Below are positions 35,201-38,969 of a DNA stretch of 38,969 nt, piece by piece; positions within the stretch are counted from its first letter, which is position 1; every line of letters starts with the position of its first letter. Origin of the DNA: Malacoraja senta (Eukaryota); assembly GCA_038087875.1 (NCBI GenBank), contig JAXLNO010000426.1:1-38969 (forward strand), read 5' to 3'. The notes below the pieces were generated by a model. That model was not told the origin of the DNA, searched no databases, and saw nothing but the letters and a program-made list of their open reading frames with translations. Both the position numbers and the translations under genes were made by a program.

Positions 35201-35564
35201 GAGCAAATTTACAAACTTTAAAGTCAAGTCAAAATATTAATTGTTTCCAAATGCAATCAAAATAAAGTTAATGCACATTAACATGCTATTGGATTGATTG
35301 CAGGATCTGGGCAGCTGCATAATTAATCCTGATAGTTTCATTTCTGCAGATCGAGAACAGGACTGGGCTGCTCTGGCCCTCAAAGCGACTGCTCTATTCA
35401 ACTTGATCATGCCTGATCTGATTGTAACCAGAACTTCACATTCCAGGACATGCATTGTAAAGATTTACTCCCTTGTTTATCAAGAATTTGTCTGCCAGTG
35501 TCTAAAAATGTGCAAAGACTTTCTTTCTACCCTGCCTCTCAGAAAGTGAGTTTAACATTGAAAG

Positions 35565-35946
35565 GATCAACAAAAAGGCAGCCATCATCATCAGAGACTC
35601 ACATCCCCCTGGCCATGCTCTCATTTCAGCCATTGGGAAAGAGGTGTATGATCCTGAAAACTGTAACGTGCAGGTTCAGGAGCAATTTCTTCCCTCCAAC
35701 CATTGGGCTATTAAACACTACAACCTCCATTTAGGCTCCAAACTATATGGACGGATACATTATATTTGACTTTGCACTACTATTGTCTATGTTTTTTATA
35801 CATACTGATTTTTTTGTTGTTGTTTATTATGAATTTTACAGAGTAATATGTTTATATTCTATTTTGCTGCTGGAAGTAAGAATTTCATTTTTCCGTTTCG
35901 GAACATATGACAAAAAAAACACTTGATTCTTGACTTGACTTGACTT
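35565..35946 (+). mobile_element. Rex1/Babar 3' end
   Basis: Translates LGKR...RFRSNFFP; (GACTT)n tail. Confidence 0.7.
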
Positions 35947-35984
35947 TGAGAGAAAAACATTGCCTCATCTCCTTATTCTAAACA

Positions 35985-36200
35985 TAGATAATAGAACAGC
36001 ACAGCACAGGAACAGGCCCTTCAGCCCATAATGTCCATGCCGAATAGGATGGTGTTAAACTGATCTCCGCTGCCTGGAAGTGATCCATATCTACCCACTC
36101 CATGCATATCTATTTGCTTATCTAAAAGCCTTATAAACGTCCATATTGTCTCTGTTTCCACCATCACCTCAGCTGAAAAATTCCTCTTCACATCCATCCT
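35985..36200 (-). mobile_element. CR1 3' tail fragment
   Basis: ACAGCACAGGAACAGGCCCTTCAGCCCA; ORF 36021-36308 contains VMVETETIWTFIRLLD. Confidence 0.7.
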
Positions 36201-36526
36201 GCCAATATCATAAAGGATCTCATGTGATATATCCCACCAAAATATTGTTTGAAAAATTGAATTCAATAGCAAAATCGGAGAAATTTCCAGGTTGGCATAA
36301 AACCCCAATACATTTTAGTCAATATTCTTCAAGGAAGAATTTGTGAAAATACGTTGGGGCTGTAGCATTGAACCTGACCTTTTCACCAATTATATTTGTT
36401 ATTCCTTCCTTCCATGTGTACTTCTCTAATAATCTCTTTCAAAAACTCCATGTTATTTATCTCACCATTATTCTACTTGTTGCAAAATCTTCTGCTATAC
36501 ATGCAGAACTGCTGCATGTATTAATT

Positions 36527-36800
36527 TAGACACAAAGAACTGCAGATGCTGGTTTGCAAAAAAAACTACCAAAGTGCTGGAGTAACTCAATGAGTCAGGC
36601 AGGATGGATACAAAATGCTGGAGCAACTCAGCGGGACAGGCAGCATCGCTGGAGAGAAGGAATGGGTGACGTTTTGGGTCGAGAGCCTTCTTTAGACAGG
36701 ATCTCTGGAGAAGGTCCAAACCCTAAATGTCACCTAATCATGTTCTCCAGAAATGCTGCCTGATCTGCTGAGTTACTCCAGCACTTTGTGTCATTTTTTT
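36527..36800. mobile_element. Nested, palindromic Penelope terminal repeats
   Basis: AAAGTGCTGGAGTAACTCA...TGAGTTACTCCAGCACTTT arms with a second copy inside. Confidence 0.75.
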
Positions 36801-37267
36801 CATCTATCATGTGTGTATCCTGCCCATAACTTCATAAACAAAGTTTAAACTTGATCTAATGGTGATTGCAATGGGACATTTCAGAGACAAACCCCAGTTG
36901 TCCTTTGGATTAAGAATAACAACATGAAGTCAGACAACAAACATAGTATGTAAAATGACACAAGTTTTTTTTTAGTTTACAGGTGGGCCTGTGCATAGAA
37001 ACAAGTGAACCATCATTGAATCAAAGCTAAAGTCTGGAATTATACCATATTCTATGATGAACGGTGGTGAAAAATATAATTACAAATAGGGACTTTCTCA
37101 ATGCGATATTAATGTTTATTTTAATCTTATTAATTGTGAACCTTAAACTATGATTGTTTCTGTGGTGAGCTTTGACCTCAATTTTGCTCCTGATCTATTG
37201 GATAACACCATACAATAATAAGTTACATTCATACAAAGTACATACAATATTATTAAATTAGCTCCTG

Positions 37268-37861
37268 CTATTTATATGACTGAATGGAAAGTAAAATAAC
37301 AGGGACTTCAACAACAGGGAAAATTGCCAAAACTAGTAGCCTAAGCAGAAAGCAGGAGAGAAGTTACACATTTCCATTTAAGGAAAAGTTGGTGTTTCAG
37401 TTTTTGTCAGCATCTTCCAGCACTGTCCTGGCTTACCACAACATTGTGCCAGAAAATTCCTTGCTAGTGTAGCCACAGATGCCTGTGGTATTTACAGTTA
37501 ATTACAATTACATTTTGGAGAAATCTTTAAACATTTATTAATAAAACTAAATTTACCCTTCTGACAAATGGTGAAGTAAATAAACACATATAATTTTCTA
37601 TCTAGCAGCATCATTTCCTACGACAATCGGAGACATTTAAAATGAAAACTTAGCATCAATTCCTCCTTTATGTGAGATCTTCTGTTGTTTATTAAATCTG
37701 GACAACACACAATCTACGGGATGTTTGTTCATTTGCCTTCTCAATGAAAAGTAAACTCATTACATTCTTAACATAACTGCCATTCATAATCCGTATCTCT
37801 GTTATCACATCTCTTCTTACAAAGCATAATCTTGCACTTTTATATATATTACTCAGAAATA
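37268..37861 (-). CDS. Candidate spliced small ORF (exons 37821-37861, 37557-37617, 37437-37482, 37268-37340); product unknown
   Basis: GT-AG introns of 203, 74 and 96 nt; one open frame across all junctions; AATAAA at 37115-37120 on the minus strand. No homolog recognised. Confidence 0.35.
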
Positions 37862-37959
37862 CTGCCAAGCAACATAAAACCGAAAAGATAATTTCAGGAA
37901 GATTAAGGAAAAGGAAAGTTATAGGAAAAGCATGTGTAAGATTATCTTTCATTATCATA

Positions 37960-38057
37960 GGTAGACAGAAAAAGCTGGAGAAACTCAGTGGGTGAGGCAG
38001 CATCTATGTTGAGAAGAAAATAGGTGACGTTTCGGGTCGAGTCCCTTCTTCAGACTG
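37960..38057 (-). mobile_element. Penelope terminal repeat with an intact hammerhead core
   Basis: Minus strand reads AGTCTGAAGAAGGGACTCGACCCGAAACGTCACC (38023-38056). Confidence 0.8.
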
Positions 38058-38969
38058 GTTATCATATATCTTTTTCATGGAATTCTATAAAATAGATTTT
38101 TTCCTGTCTTCACAGTTTTAGATATCGCTACTCAGTGGCAAAAGTAAACTATTTGAATATGACCTTTACATATTCCACAAGCAACTGTAATTAGCTAGCA
38201 TGATTATTAATTTCTGTGTTACCCATTAATGATATAAGCCTATTTTCTCTATTTATTGAATGCAGAAACCACAAATTTATTTTGCTTCAGATCACATTTG
38301 TTCATTGAACATTTTGACCCAGTAAAAAAGGGTCATTTCTTATCATGGCATTTGAAAAGAACTATCAGTGGGCACATTAACCTGAAATATGTGATTCATA
38401 TATGAAAAAGGTCCTAATATTGTTTGAAGTGCAGTAAGTATTTTTGGAGGAACTATTTGCTCGGTCTATAAATGTCAGTTAAACTTTAACGATTCTAAAT
38501 GGGGAAAAAAAACCTGGAAATTATTAATGGTGTTGTTATTGTGGCTAACACACTATCAAAACTGCCACTAATAAATAACCTAAACTAAGTGGGTTAACGA
38601 CTGTTAAAGTAGATGCTGCAGGAATTTGATATAAGCATTTGAACATTATCATGCTTGTACTACTATTTAGACTAATGTTTTCCTCATGTCTTTCTGTTTC
38701 AGTGCACAGGTATTTCGGATAGTGATTGCCAAAGGTTTAATAAAACATATTTTGAGATATTTTTGATCTGTTGTTACCTGTAAGACTACAACCAAGATGT
38801 GTTTTTGTTGTTACATGCAGGTATGCACGAGTGAATTAGTTGACGCTGTAAGGCTTAACAACAAGTATCAGACCAACTTTGAGAGGTGTTACATGCTTGG
38901 AACATAATCTAGGTCTTGTTTTCTAAATAGTGTACAACATACAGCTTGTTGGTTTATTTAGTTTGCCAT

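Noticed and set aside
35230..35425. Enhancer- or ncRNA-like stretch
   Set aside because: The right half is a decayed antisense CR1 3' UTR (compare 17135-17205); the remainder is too short to support a call.
38821..38885. Plus-strand exon candidate VCTSELVDAVRLNNKYQTNFER
   Set aside because: Plausible acceptor but weak donor (GTGTTA), no consistent partner exons, and only a vague protein resemblance.

Overview
Eukaryotic genomic DNA from a cartilaginous fish, most likely a skate or ray. This is inferred from HE1-type V-SINEs and CR1, Rex1/Babar and Penelope families typical of elasmobranchs, recognised from memory rather than by search. Most of the window is transposon-derived: two long CR1 ORF2 copies (14014-17228, 28618-32941), Rex1/Babar RT copies, Penelope GIY-YIG fragments, three PIF/Harbinger MITEs, a Helentron-type non-autonomous element and SINEs, often nested up to four deep. 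No bacterial-type system, CRISPR array or recognisable host protein gene is supported. The most notable signals are: (1) about a dozen Penelope terminal repeats carrying minimal hammerhead-ribozyme motifs, in tandem and tail-to-tail forms; (2) a ~0.95 kb locally duplicated cassette whose core is more conserved than its flank and holds a MARE, GC box and TATA, with one copy split by a CR1; (3) a compact minus-strand chain of four phase-consistent exons at 37.1-37.9 kb that could encode a 58-aa hydrophobic microprotein; (4) a GC-rich foldback element beside a perfect DR1 and NRF1-like motif. Boundaries of degenerate repeats are approximate.
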